A stretch of 64,000 nucleotides of DNA from Puniceicoccales bacterium (GTDB lineage: Bacteria > Verrucomicrobiota > Verrucomicrobiia > Opitutales > JAIRKQ01). The notes under the pieces were generated by a model, which saw only the letters and a list, made by a program, of their open reading frames with translations, was not told the origin of the DNA and searched no databases. The translations under genes and the position numbers were made by a program. Shown in pieces: positions 16,596-26,464 of this stretch. The stretch lies in contig JAIRXR010000011.1 of assembly GCA_031268175.1 (NCBI GenBank), positions 27,908 to 91,907 of the forward strand, given 5' to 3'. The first letter of the stretch is position 1; each line of letters starts with the position of its first letter.

Positions 16596-17468
16596 CTACT
16601 TTTTTACACCAGCGAGCACGGCGTACACCGTACTCGATATGATTAGCAGCGCCCCCAAAATTGTTGAAACACTCGGAATTTCACCGAAAATCGCAAAGCC
16701 AGCCACCGCCGTTAGAACAAACTCAAAATATCTGAGCGGCACAATTGCTGACATGTCAACTTTCTCAAATGCCCTTAGAGTGCAATACAAAAGCAAATTG
16801 GCTCCGCAGCCAAGCGCGGCGAACAGGCAGAGATCGCCCATCGACGGCCACACCCATTTCCACAGGGCAAACGGACACGATAGGAGCGAAGTTATGGTGG
16901 CCGTATGGAGTACCATCCGAAATACCCCCTCTCCGCCAACAAATTTCTTGTTTATCACGTCCAACGACGCAAACAATGCGGCGGAAAGCAATACCATCGC
17001 CGCTGCAAACGCCGTGAATTTCGCATTTCCCGGCTCAAAAACCACCAGAACTCCGACGGCTCCAACCATGGTGGCAATGATACTGCCTCCGGTTATTTTT
17101 TCCTTCAGGAATATGCGCGTAAAAATCAGCGTAAAAATCGGAATGATAAAATTCAGCGCCACAGCGGTGGCTATCGGCAACCTGTGCAGTGCCCAGCAAT
17201 ACAGCGTCATCGCCAGCAACAGTAATGCTGCGCGGATGAAGTGCAGTTTGGAAATGCGCCACAGCGCTGCCTCACCTTTTTTAGCCCTAGAAACTACCGG
17301 CAGAAGCGATGCGGTTGCGAAAACATAGCGCAGGAAAACGATTTGCGACGTTGGGTACGCCCGCCCGAAGAACTTCATGAGTACGTCGTTTGTGACTGAT
17401 ATCGCCGAACTCAGTAGAAACCACGCCACTCCGCACAGATAACTGTACTGCCACTTCCGCAAAGACAC
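16596..17468 (-). CDS. EamA/DMT-family permease
   Basis: A 290-aa protein with about 10 hydrophobic segments and the two-fold EamA architecture. The opposite-strand ORF 16567..17328 is its shadow. Confidence 0.8.
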   Translation of the reverse strand: MSLRKWQYSYLCGVAWFLLSSAISVTNDVLMKFFGRAYPTSQIVFLRYVFATASLLPVVSRAKKGEAALWRISKLHFIRAALLLLAMTLYCWALHRLPIATAVALNFIIPIFTLIFTRIFLKEKITGGSIIATMVGAVGVLVVFEPGNAKFTAFAAAMVLLSAALFASLDVINKKFVGGEGVFRMVLHTATITSLLSCPFALWKWVWPSMGDLCLFAALGCGANLLLYCTLRAFEKVDMSAIVPLRYFEFVLTAVAGFAIFGEIPSVSTILGALLIISSTVYAVLAGVKK

Positions 17469-17597
17469 CTACCCGGACACTGCCACGGCGCTGCAGCAAG
17501 TCAATCGATTTTTGGAAATTCCAAAATTTTGCAAAATTAGTCAAAATTTTCATTGCAAAGTAAAAATTTTGTTTTATCCTCCTCCGGAGGAGTTATT

Positions 17598-18197
17598 ATG
17601 AGCGCTAATTCGTGTTCTGACAACGCACTCCGCGCAAGCGAAGCCGCGAACGGTGAAAAATATCGCCTGATTGGGAAGTTGATCGAGCTCGAAGGATGGG
17701 GCGCGTACCACTACGGCTTGGAATGCAAAGACAACGTCTACCTCTTCGAAGAGGGTGTATTTCGCGTCGGAAATCCCGGTGCGCACATCGGAGAATGGTT
17801 CATCGCCTCGACCGCATCGGCTGATCATACTTTGAAAATGGAGCAATGTTTCCCACCGAAATCGCTCAATTTGAGGAATGTCCTATGCGAAAATCAGCCT
17901 TCGATGCCCACAAATTCCGATTCGCATAGATCTCTGCGCGTTTCCGCGCTGCCACACACCGACACGAACAGCGTCGACTGGACATCCTCGGATTCTGACG
18001 ATCCTTCCTGCATTCCAACGCCGTTTTCCATTGGATCGACTGGTCTCGATCGGACATACTCGGCGGCGAACATTTTACACGAAAATCAGAGAATACTTTA
18101 TCTAAAAGGCGATCCGCACAGTGATTGCACACAATCGAGTTTTCCCAGCCGAAGCTCATCCGCACCCGCACCATCAGCTGGCTGTGGCGGAAATTGA
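17598..18197 (+). CDS. Hypothetical protein (199 aa) with an S/P/T-rich tail
   Basis: ATG 17598 is preceded by GGAGGAG. No family recognised. Confidence 0.5.
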   Translation: MSANSCSDNALRASEAANGEKYRLIGKLIELEGWGAYHYGLECKDNVYLFEEGVFRVGNPGAHIGEWFIASTASADHTLKMEQCFPPKSLNLRNVLCENQPSMPTNSDSHRSLRVSALPHTDTNSVDWTSSDSDDPSCIPTPFSIGSTGLDRTYSAANILHENQRILYLKGDPHSDCTQSSFPSRSSSAPAPSAGCGGN

Positions 18198-18288
18198 GAG
18201 TAGTCGCCGCCTTTTTGGAAGCTTTTTCAAAAAACGCAGAAGCCCCCCCGTTTCCAAGCCGTTTTAGCCATGGGTTACAAGCTGCGGC

Positions 18289-18771
18289 CTAGCGCGACAT
18301 GAGCAGCACATTCGCGATTGCTGCGATTGCCTCTCCATTTCCGATTGCGCCGAATCCTTCGTTGGTCGTGGCTTTCAGCCCGATATTTTCAGCTTGCACG
18401 GCCAACACTTCTCCGATCGAACTTCGCATTTGCTGCAAATAGCCTGACAGCTTCGGCTCCTGCGCGATGATGACCGCATCAATGTTTGAAATGGTAAAAT
18501 TATGCTCACATATCTTTTCGCGCGCATAGTCCAAAATTACTCCCGAGGCGATGCCCTCTGTCCAGGCCTCCGTATCAGGAAAAACTTCCCCGATGTTTGG
18601 CAATCCGAGCGCCCCAAGTATGGCATCGGCAATGGCATGGCTCAGTGCATCGGCATCCGAATGGCCGACCAAACCTCTGGCATATTCGATTTCGACACCG
18701 CCAAGGATCAGCTTCCTCCCGAAATCCAACCGATGGATGTCATAGCCTATACCAATTTTGATCTTCACCAT
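18289..18771 (-). CDS. ispF: 2-C-methyl-D-erythritol 2,4-cyclodiphosphate synthase
   Basis: From ATG 18771 the protein reads MVKIKIGIGYDIHRLDFGRKLILGGVEIEYARGLVGHSDADALSHAIADAILGA, the canonical IspF DxH...HSDxD motifs. 160 aa. Confidence 0.92.
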   Translation of the reverse strand: MVKIKIGIGYDIHRLDFGRKLILGGVEIEYARGLVGHSDADALSHAIADAILGALGLPNIGEVFPDTEAWTEGIASGVILDYAREKICEHNFTISNIDAVIIAQEPKLSGYLQQMRSSIGEVLAVQAENIGLKATTNEGFGAIGNGEAIAAIANVLLMSR

Positions 18772-18920
18772 GGAGAAAGCATGGAAAAATTTTAAAATTG
18801 TGCCAATTCCAAAAGGCGGACAACGCCACTTTTTGGCGGAAGAGCGCGCCAATTTGGTAAAATTTTGCACTTTGCGTTTTTGCCATTGAATCGTGCATAA
18901 AACTTTGTACAGTTGATACT

Positions 18921-20165
18921 ATGCGATTTTTATTCAAGGCTGTTGGAGCAAACAACGAATTAGTTAGCTCAGATTTGGAAGCCAAGTCAAGGGACGAAGC
19001 GCTATTCGTTTTGAAAAGTAAAAATTTGCGCGTGATCAGTATTTTCGAAGAGTCGGCATCACCCGGAAAAACTTCATTTCTTTCTTCCACGTGGAAAAAG
19101 TTGTCCGCAAAAAGGCAACCACCGGTTCAAGTAACCGCCGACATAATGCTGCGATTATTTGAAAAGCTGCAAAAAATGGTAGCCTCTGGATTAACGCTCT
19201 CGGATTCGCTGTCATCCGTCAACAAAAGGACTAAAAATGCGGCCGAAAAAGTGCTAACTTCTTCATTGCTCACTGACATTCTCGGCGGACAGTCCATGTC
19301 CGATGCCATAAAAAAATTCGGCGCTAAAATCGACGGCAATGTCTACAGCATCATTTTGGTCGGGGAATCGAGCGGCAATCTCGCCACAGCCCTGGCTGAC
19401 ACAGTGAGACTGCTAAAATCGACGGCTGAAGTCAAAAAGAAGCTGAAGTCGTCGCTCATCTATCCAGCATTTCTCACCATGCTGGTGTTCGTGGTAATTT
19501 TGGTGTTCACATTCTTTCTGATGCCGCAAATGGAGAATTTCATAAAAACCCTCGGCGGTGAAATCCCACCAATGACGAAATTTCTAAAATCGCTAACCTC
19601 GGTGTTTATTTGGCTGGTTCCGGCTGTGGTGATTGCGGCCGTCGTGGCGTTGACATTGATTCCAAAGTTGCGGCAGACAAAGGTTGGCAGACACAAAACG
19701 GACGAACTCATACTGAAAATCAAGCCGTTCTCGACGATAATACTCCTATCGATGAGGGCGAACCTGTCAAATCTGATGGGCACGCTGCTGGCAAACGGCA
19801 TAAACACATCTGAAGCATTGGAACTGGCACAGTCTTCCATAGCGAATATGGTTTTGCGCAAAAGATTTTTGGATGCAAAAACCGACATATTGGACGGCAA
19901 AAGCGTCTGCGCGTCCTTCGAAAAACACAAAATATTTGATGGCGAAGCATGTGACTTTCTGGAGGTCGGCGAAAAAATTGGAAATTTGGGATCCTCCTTC
20001 GAAGATATCCACAATATATACGACGCAAATTTGAAAAACACGCTGAGGAAGGTAACGATCGCCGCGTCCGCCATCGCTATGATGACAGCGTTCTCACTGG
20101 TAGGCATACTGGCGCTCGGCATGGTGCAGGCCATCGCGGGAGCGACATCGGCCGCCGCTGCCTAG
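18921..20165 (+). CDS. Type II secretion / type IV pilus platform protein (GspF/PilC family), copy 1
   Basis: A 414-aa protein with two T2SSF repeats and three TM segments. It is collinear with the copy at 58345..59589. Confidence 0.85.
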   Translation: MRFLFKAVGANNELVSSDLEAKSRDEALFVLKSKNLRVISIFEESASPGKTSFLSSTWKKLSAKRQPPVQVTADIMLRLFEKLQKMVASGLTLSDSLSSVNKRTKNAAEKVLTSSLLTDILGGQSMSDAIKKFGAKIDGNVYSIILVGESSGNLATALADTVRLLKSTAEVKKKLKSSLIYPAFLTMLVFVVILVFTFFLMPQMENFIKTLGGEIPPMTKFLKSLTSVFIWLVPAVVIAAVVALTLIPKLRQTKVGRHKTDELILKIKPFSTIILLSMRANLSNLMGTLLANGINTSEALELAQSSIANMVLRKRFLDAKTDILDGKSVCASFEKHKIFDGEACDFLEVGEKIGNLGSSFEDIHNIYDANLKNTLRKVTIAASAIAMMTAFSLVGILALGMVQAIAGATSAAAA

Positions 20166-20229
20166 TTATGCTTCCCGTTCGCGCTGGAGGACTTGTTCTC
20201 CGGCGCGGCAAATTTTCGCTTCCAATGCG

Positions 20230-22686
20230 GTGCGGACTATGGCCAGTCGAAATTCACAATTCAATGGGCAAGTCAATCTCCTAGGCCCTAGCACCCTGCA
20301 AGTGGAATATTCCACCGACCTGGGCAGCGATTTTGACGCGGCCAAGCACATCGGAGGGATCCTTCTCAACGGAAAAAAGTCCATCGATTTTTCCGCCGAG
20401 GTCTTCGAAAATTTTTCCTTCGGCGAAAGATATTGCTATTTTTCCCACGGCGATTGCATAATTTTTATGGCGCCGATGCGGTGTATAGATTTCTCAGACG
20501 GGGCGAAGGAGATTTTTCTAGCGTGCAAAGAATCCGATTGGCGGAATGCAAACAAATCTGATCGGTGGAAACTGCGCGAGATGTCGGTGGATGGGCATGT
20601 CTTCGTTGGCCTGCGTATGCGCCGCGATGCTCTAAAGGCATCGTTCCCTTTCAAATTCATCTCGTCGGATGGCGAATGGCTATCGCCGGATGATGACTGC
20701 CCAAATTGCCAAATTTCATCCCTCGGGACGGCAAATTTTTTGTACAACCCAAATCTTACCGGCGGCAACGTTTTGCAGTATCACCTGTATGGAAAAATTT
20801 CACTGTGTGATGAGTTGGTTGTTGAGTTTTGCGGTACTCCTCCGGTCCGGGCAAATTTTTCGCGATGGATAGCATCGCTGCGCAGCGATGCCAGGTTGGG
20901 CGCAACGGCATCCGAAAATTCAACGATTTTTCGCGTCTTCGCACCGCGGGCTGCGAATGTGCGCGTGGCAATTTTCAGCAAGAAGGAAAAATGCCCGGCC
21001 TATTACTCGCTCGCACCGGCCCCGTGCGGAATTTGGCACGCCGAGGTCTGCAAAGATCTCCGCAGCCACTACTACTACTATCAATTTTTGTTTGGCAAAA
21101 GCGACAATTGGGCCACCGCCGCCACCGTTCTCGACCCATACGCAAAAGCAGCCACGTCCAGTGCAGGCCCCGGTATAATCCTGCCGCAAAAAAATTTCAC
21201 CAAACTGCGAGATAAATTCGCAACACCGAATTCAAAGGATCTGGTAATCCTTGAGATGCACCTGCGAGATGTCCTACAAAGGGCACCGCGGTCGATGTCG
21301 CCGGGCAAAAGGTTGAATTTTTGCGACCTGGAAAAATATTTAAAAAAGCGTGACTGCTATCTGCGCACGCTGGGAGTAAACTGCGTCGAGCTGCAGCCGA
21401 TCCAAGAATTTGACTACGTGAAAAAAGGTGAATATCACTGGGGATACATGCCAGCAAATTGGTTTTCCCCGGCGAGCGCCTATGCCAAGAGGCCGGAGAA
21501 CGCAACGCAGGTGTCCGAATTCAAAAAACTTGTGCGGGCATTCCATCGCGCCGGAATAGCAGTCATACTGGACGTGGTATACAACCACTTCGGTGATTCC
21601 GGACACCTGAAAAACATAGATGACGAGTACTATTTTAGGCATTCCGAAGGTGGAAATTTCACAAATTTCAGCGGATGCGGAAATGACTTCCGCACGGAGA
21701 GTTACATGGCCCGCAAGTTGGTAATCGACAGCCTTGAGCACCTGATAAAAACGTACAATGTTGATGGATTCAGATTCGATCTAGCCGAATTACTCGGAAT
21801 TGATTTTCTAAATGTTTTACAGAAAAGATTGAAAAACGTAAAAAAATCCGTTGTCTTGGTAACGGAGCCGTGGAGTTTCCGAGGAAATATCGGAGTTTCT
21901 ATGAAGCGATCCCAATATTCCGTCTGGAATGACGAATACAGGGACTTCGTTAGAAATTACGTGCTGGGAAACGGAAATTCCGACGCTATTAGATATTTTT
22001 TGTGTGGCGGTCTTGATTTTAGATCTGGATTTCCTGGGCAGAGCGTGAACTACGTAGCTTCACACGATGACCGTGGCTGGGTGGATAGCATCACAGAAAA
22101 TTCGCACAACGACGGTGGTGCGCCGACGGAAAACGACCGCCGGCGCACGCGATTGTCCGCGGCAATACTCATGATGTCCATCGGAGTTCCCATGCTCACA
22201 GCCGGTCAGGATTTCCTCGCATCCAAGCGCGGTGTCAGCAACACGTACAACCGCGGCGATTTGAACGCCCTTGACTACGACCTTCTGCGAAAACACCGCA
22301 CAACGCACGAGTATTTTAGACGGCTCATAGCGTTCAGACTATCCAAAAGCGGCGAAGTCTTGCGCCTCGAAAATGTGCCAGACAGGACCTATTTCCGCTT
22401 CTTTTCATCGCAGGCAAATTCCGCCTGCGCCCTCATGTACAACGCCAATGGCGCGCTGGGGCGGAACAAGTTTATCTTTGCCGTGAACCCACATCTGGAC
22501 GAGGCGACCGTAAATTTTAGAAATTTCGATTTGCGACGCTGCAGGGTTCTGGCAAACGGGGATAAATTTTTCACATTTTCTAGAAAATTTTACGATAGAT
22601 TCGCCAATGGCACGCTGGTCTTACCACCGCTGTCATGCAGAATATATGCAGCAAAGGGAGTTGGCTTTGATCTCGACATGGACTAA
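20230..22686 (+). CDS. GH13 pullulanase/glycogen-debranching-type alpha-1,6-glucosidase
   Basis: GH13 conserved regions are present: ILDVVYNHF, GFRFDLAELL, VTEPW and NYVASHDD. The N-terminal ~230 aa are unassigned. No obvious signal peptide. Confidence 0.85.
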   Translation: MRTMASRNSQFNGQVNLLGPSTLQVEYSTDLGSDFDAAKHIGGILLNGKKSIDFSAEVFENFSFGERYCYFSHGDCIIFMAPMRCIDFSDGAKEIFLACKESDWRNANKSDRWKLREMSVDGHVFVGLRMRRDALKASFPFKFISSDGEWLSPDDDCPNCQISSLGTANFLYNPNLTGGNVLQYHLYGKISLCDELVVEFCGTPPVRANFSRWIASLRSDARLGATASENSTIFRVFAPRAANVRVAIFSKKEKCPAYYSLAPAPCGIWHAEVCKDLRSHYYYYQFLFGKSDNWATAATVLDPYAKAATSSAGPGIILPQKNFTKLRDKFATPNSKDLVILEMHLRDVLQRAPRSMSPGKRLNFCDLEKYLKKRDCYLRTLGVNCVELQPIQEFDYVKKGEYHWGYMPANWFSPASAYAKRPENATQVSEFKKLVRAFHRAGIAVILDVVYNHFGDSGHLKNIDDEYYFRHSEGGNFTNFSGCGNDFRTESYMARKLVIDSLEHLIKTYNVDGFRFDLAELLGIDFLNVLQKRLKNVKKSVVLVTEPWSFRGNIGVSMKRSQYSVWNDEYRDFVRNYVLGNGNSDAIRYFLCGGLDFRSGFPGQSVNYVASHDDRGWVDSITENSHNDGGAPTENDRRRTRLSAAILMMSIGVPMLTAGQDFLASKRGVSNTYNRGDLNALDYDLLRKHRTTHEYFRRLIAFRLSKSGEVLRLENVPDRTYFRFFSSQANSACALMYNANGALGRNKFIFAVNPHLDEATVNFRNFDLRRCRVLANGDKFFTFSRKFYDRFANGTLVLPPLSCRIYAAKGVGFDLDMD

Positions 22687-22707
22687 CTCGACGGCGAAGA
22701 AGCCGCT

Positions 22708-24078
22708 ATGCAGATGCCTATGTGTGTCAGAGAGATAATCGAAAAAATGCACGGCTACGCCAGTTTCTTGCAAAAATTTCCGGCAAAAATACGCCAATTT
22801 TTCGCAAAGAGAAAATTGGAAATGGCCTCCAAAATCACCTTTGAAAAAATAAATACCCTATCGCCGTGGCAAAGGATAAGATTCGCCCTGTGCAAGAAAA
22901 CTTTGAAAAAGCTCTATGTCGTGCACCTGCAGAGGCTGCGCGGAGAAGCAAAGCGGCGAAAAATACGCGTCGCATTTCTAATAAATTCGACGAGTAAGTG
23001 GCACTGCGAATACCTCTACGATCTGTTCGACAAAAGCGATAATTTTGAGCCGCTGATGCTGGCTACGAAGGGGTCTCCAAAGGATAGCCTCGACGGATTT
23101 CATAGGGTACTGGCGGTTCTTGAAAGTTCTGGGAAGCGTTTCGCTCGCGCCTACGATCCGGTGAAAAGGAAATATTTGAGCCTAAAAATGTTTAACCCTG
23201 ACATCGTGTTTTACGAGCAACCGTGGGGGGTAGAATTTGAGCACCGCGTGCCATATGTGGCGAATTTCGCGCTAGCGTGCTACACTCCCTACTGCTTTCA
23301 TCTGCTGCACAGCGAATACAATTATTTGGAAAAATTTCATGGATTTCTGTGGAAATACTTCGTAGAGTCGACGCTGCACCTTGAATCCTATCGATCGAAG
23401 TTCAACGCGGACAACTGCGTGAGTGTTGGCAGCTTGCACCTGGATGGATATTTGTCCAAAAAAACGTTGGACGTGGCGCCATGGAAAGACAAATCGCCGC
23501 ATAGTAAGCGCATAATTTACGCGCCGCACTTTTCGATTGGCGTGAATCACAGAATGGCAACGTTTCACCAAAATGGGCAGTTTATGCTTAACCTTGCCGA
23601 CATGTACGCCGGCACCACATGGATCGTCAGACCACATCCGGATCTTAGAGAAAGGGCAATCGGCTGTGGCCTAATGACTGAACGGGAATTTGCAGATTAC
23701 TGGAGCGAATGGGAAAAATATGGAACTGTCTCCTGGGGCGGAGACTTCATCGATCTTTTCAAAACGTCGGATTGCCTAATAACGGATTGCATATCATTTC
23801 TAGCGGATTACTTTCCGACCGGCAAGCCAGTATTTCACCTAAGAAGTGGAGAGCAAGCGGCACGATTCAATGATTTCGCCGAATCCATAATTGAAACCTA
23901 TTACCAAATTCATAACAATGCTGAACTGGAAAGGCTATTTTCGCGCGTGATTATTGGCGGTGACGATTTTATGGCCGCTCGCAGGCGTGCGCAAGCGAAA
24001 ACTCTCGGCCTCATTGGCGAAGAAATGGCTAGCAAGCGCGTATTTGATTACATTAAATCGGAGTTGAACATCCAATGA
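22708..24078 (+). CDS. CDP-glycerol/ribitol-type polyol-phosphate transferase (TagB/TagF, Glyphos_transf-like)
   Basis: The motifs ...IIYAPHFSIG...TWIVRPHPDLRE...LFKTSDCLITDCISFLADYFPTGKPVFHL resemble the PF04464 pattern (YAPTxR, HP, D-liTDySS-fDy). The stop overlaps the next gene's start (ATGA at 24075). Confidence 0.65.
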   Translation: MQMPMCVREIIEKMHGYASFLQKFPAKIRQFFAKRKLEMASKITFEKINTLSPWQRIRFALCKKTLKKLYVVHLQRLRGEAKRRKIRVAFLINSTSKWHCEYLYDLFDKSDNFEPLMLATKGSPKDSLDGFHRVLAVLESSGKRFARAYDPVKRKYLSLKMFNPDIVFYEQPWGVEFEHRVPYVANFALACYTPYCFHLLHSEYNYLEKFHGFLWKYFVESTLHLESYRSKFNADNCVSVGSLHLDGYLSKKTLDVAPWKDKSPHSKRIIYAPHFSIGVNHRMATFHQNGQFMLNLADMYAGTTWIVRPHPDLRERAIGCGLMTEREFADYWSEWEKYGTVSWGGDFIDLFKTSDCLITDCISFLADYFPTGKPVFHLRSGEQAARFNDFAESIIETYYQIHNNAELERLFSRVIIGGDDFMAARRRAQAKTLGLIGEEMASKRVFDYIKSELNIQ

Positions 24079-25439
24079 AAGTCTATGCAATAGTATTAGC
24101 TTCCGGAATCGGAAAACGCGTTGGCATCGACATCCCAAAGCAATTTTTAAAAATTTCCGGTAAAACCGTCCTGGAGCATTCGATTGAAATTTTTGAAAAC
24201 AGTGACGCAATTGATGTGATCATTGCCGTTGTTCACGGCTCATTCGTGAATTTTTGCAAAAAAATTTTCCAGCGGAATAATTATAAAAAAATTCGTAAAA
24301 TTCTAATCGGTGGGGCAACGCGCCAGGAAAGCTCGCGCATCGGCATCGAAGCGATCGGAGAAAAGGAAGCAAAAATCCTAGTCCACGATGCCGTTCGGCC
24401 GTTGCTCTCGGACAAAATTGTAACCGCGTGCATCGCTGCGCTGGACAAATACGATGCCGTCGATGTCGCAATACCAACGGCAGACACGATAATAGAGGTC
24501 GATGAATCCATGGATGTCGCGGACATACCGGCACGCGAATTCCTCATGCGCGGACAGACGCCGCAGGCCTTCAAACTGAGCGTAATAAGGCACGCCCACG
24601 AATTCGCCATGAAAGCTCCGGACTTGCATGTGACCGACGACTGCGGACTGGTGAAAGCGTTCAACCTTGCCAAAATTCATGTCATTGAAGGTGATGAAAC
24701 AAACGTGAAAATCACCTATCCCATCGACATTTTCGCCGCTGACAAGTTGTTTCAACTGAAGCGTCTGCCCTCGTCCGACGCAAATCTGACGCAGCTTGCT
24801 GGGAAGGTTTTAGTAGTTTTCGGCGCAAGCAGTGGCATAGGAAAATCGATTCACCAATTGGCCAGAAAACACGGCGCTAGGGTATGCAATTTTTCCAGAT
24901 CGAGCGGCACGGATGTGCGAAAAAAGGCAGCCATCGGCAAAGCCCTGAAATCGGTTTGCGATAGCGAAGGGCGCATAGATTTCGTTGTAAACACAGCCGG
25001 CACGTTGAAACTCGGAGAACTACTCACCAGGAGCGAAGAAGACATACGCGCCGAGGTCGAAACGAATTACTTCGGGTGTGTAAATATCGCGCTGGAAAGT
25101 CACAGATATTTGAAGCAGACTGGTGGAATGCTACTATTTTTTACGTCGAGTTCCTACACGCGCGGCCGCGCACTCTACTCAATTTACTCGTCGACGAAGG
25201 CGGCCATCGTAAATTTGACGCAGGCGCTGGCTGAGGAATGGAGCGCCGACGGCATTCGCATAAATGTCATCAATCCGACGCGAACGGCAACACCAATGAG
25301 ATCGGCAAATTTCGGAGAAGAACCGAAAGAAAGTCTGCTGTCACCTGAATTCGTAGCGGAAAAATCCCTGGCAACGCTTTTGCAGGACTACACTGGGCAA
25401 GTCATAGACGTCAGTAAGCATTCGCAACCTCAAAAATAG
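24075..25439 (+). CDS. Bifunctional IspD/TarI-like cytidylyltransferase + SDR reductase (Bcs1/CDP-ribitol-synthase-like)
   Basis: The N-terminus MKVYAIVLASGIGKRVGIDIPKQFLKISGKTVLEHS fits a cytidylyltransferase. The C-terminus has VFGASSGIGKS (SDR glycine motif) and YSSTKAAIVNL (YxxxK). Confidence 0.8.
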   Translation: MKVYAIVLASGIGKRVGIDIPKQFLKISGKTVLEHSIEIFENSDAIDVIIAVVHGSFVNFCKKIFQRNNYKKIRKILIGGATRQESSRIGIEAIGEKEAKILVHDAVRPLLSDKIVTACIAALDKYDAVDVAIPTADTIIEVDESMDVADIPAREFLMRGQTPQAFKLSVIRHAHEFAMKAPDLHVTDDCGLVKAFNLAKIHVIEGDETNVKITYPIDIFAADKLFQLKRLPSSDANLTQLAGKVLVVFGASSGIGKSIHQLARKHGARVCNFSRSSGTDVRKKAAIGKALKSVCDSEGRIDFVVNTAGTLKLGELLTRSEEDIRAEVETNYFGCVNIALESHRYLKQTGGMLLFFTSSSYTRGRALYSIYSSTKAAIVNLTQALAEEWSADGIRINVINPTRTATPMRSANFGEEPKESLLSPEFVAEKSLATLLQDYTGQVIDVSKHSQPQK

Positions 25440-26464
25440 ACATCAGCCTCCAGATCGAGCGCCGAAATCACATGCGTTGGCGTAACTCCCTTCGTTGAAA
25501 ATAGCTCGTCCATGGCAGCGGTGGCAAATTTTCCAGCGGCGTCCCTGCTAATGCTTTCCGCTGAAATGCCCGTCAGTACGAGAATGCCCTCGATGGAGCA
25601 GTGGAGCGCTGCACTCGCATTTTTTGCGCCCAGAATATCCGTATCGATGGTATCACCGACCATCGCAATGCGCTTTTTATGGATGTCATCGAAGCCCTCT
25701 CCGGTCGTTTTGGCCAGCTTTTCTAGTGCGTAGCCGTATATCTGCGGAAATGGTTTCCCCGTGGCGAAAACCTCTCCGCCCATGGCGGCGTAGGCCTCCG
25801 CTATCAATCCCTGTTTGGCAATCGGCATCGTGACATACTCCGCGGCGTCCTGCGACGGCAAAACCGAGCACACGGCAAATTTATCGGGATTGGCAATGGC
25901 GAGCGGCTTTCCCTTTTCCAAAAAAATTTTCAAACTTGGAATGTACGGTTCAATCGACGTCGAATCCCAGGTTCTGTCGCCGCCATTGGTCCACGCGACG
26001 TACAGATGCTTCCTCATCGCATCTGGCATTGCCTCCCTCTCCTCGTCGGAAAACCTTGGAATTGACACGTAGACAAAATCCGCTCCATCCAAATCCTCCG
26101 TCCGCTCCACGCTGGAGCCGGCGAAAATTGCGTCATTCGATAATCCGAAAATAAAATATTTTTTCGAATTTTTGCCATTTGCAAACGCTAGTTCGCCGTT
26201 CAGAATTGCATCGCGCATCACGTCACCCGACGTGACGAAATTCGTGAAATGCGTACCCGCGCGGAGGCTTTCTCCGTCGTACTTTTTTATGATCTCCGAC
26301 GAAACGGAGGATGCATTTGATAGAATCACTACCTTTTTGCCAGCGGCATTAAGCTCCTCCAGCGCAGCCAGCGCTTTTGGGAAAGCGCACGCCCCGCTCC
26401 AAATTACACCATACAAATCAACCAGCAAAATGTCATAGGCAAACAACAATTCTCCGGAGACCAT
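25430..26464 (-). CDS. HAD-superfamily subfamily IIA hydrolase/phosphatase
   Basis: Motif I is ILLVDLYGVIWSG and the distal motif is MVGDTIDTDILGA. The gene converges on the previous gene with a 10-nt overlap. Confidence 0.75.
   Translation of the reverse strand: MVSGELLFAYDILLVDLYGVIWSGACAFPKALAALEELNAAGKKVVILSNASSVSSEIIKKYDGESLRAGTHFTNFVTSGDVMRDAILNGELAFANGKNSKKYFIFGLSNDAIFAGSSVERTEDLDGADFVYVSIPRFSDEEREAMPDAMRKHLYVAWTNGGDRTWDSTSIEPYIPSLKIFLEKGKPLAIANPDKFAVCSVLPSQDAAEYVTMPIAKQGLIAEAYAAMGGEVFATGKPFPQIYGYALEKLAKTTGEGFDDIHKKRIAMVGDTIDTDILGAKNASAALHCSIEGILVLTGISAESISRDAAGKFATAAMDELFSTKGVTPTHVISALDLEADVYF

Noticed and set aside
16567-17328. A 253-aa ORF on the + strand
   Set aside because: It lies entirely antisense to the EamA/DMT permease gene. 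Its composition is low-complexity and rich in A, S, T and P, and it has no SD.
19460-20134. A 224-aa minus-strand ORF, together with similar long antisense ORFs at 15498..16145, 41009..41581, 5640..6245 and 57522..58169
   Set aside because: Each is fully nested antisense within a confidently identified gene (gspF, recD2, the rumA-family gene, the 595-aa ORF, and the membrane protein). None has an independent signal.
18921-22686. GspF-like gene directly upstream of a pullulanase-like GH13 gene, reminiscent of the Klebsiella pul secretion locus
   Set aside because: The GH13 protein has no visible signal peptide or lipobox, and no other gsp/pul genes are nearby. A cytoplasmic glycogen-debranching role is more parsimonious, so the adjacency is probably coincidental.
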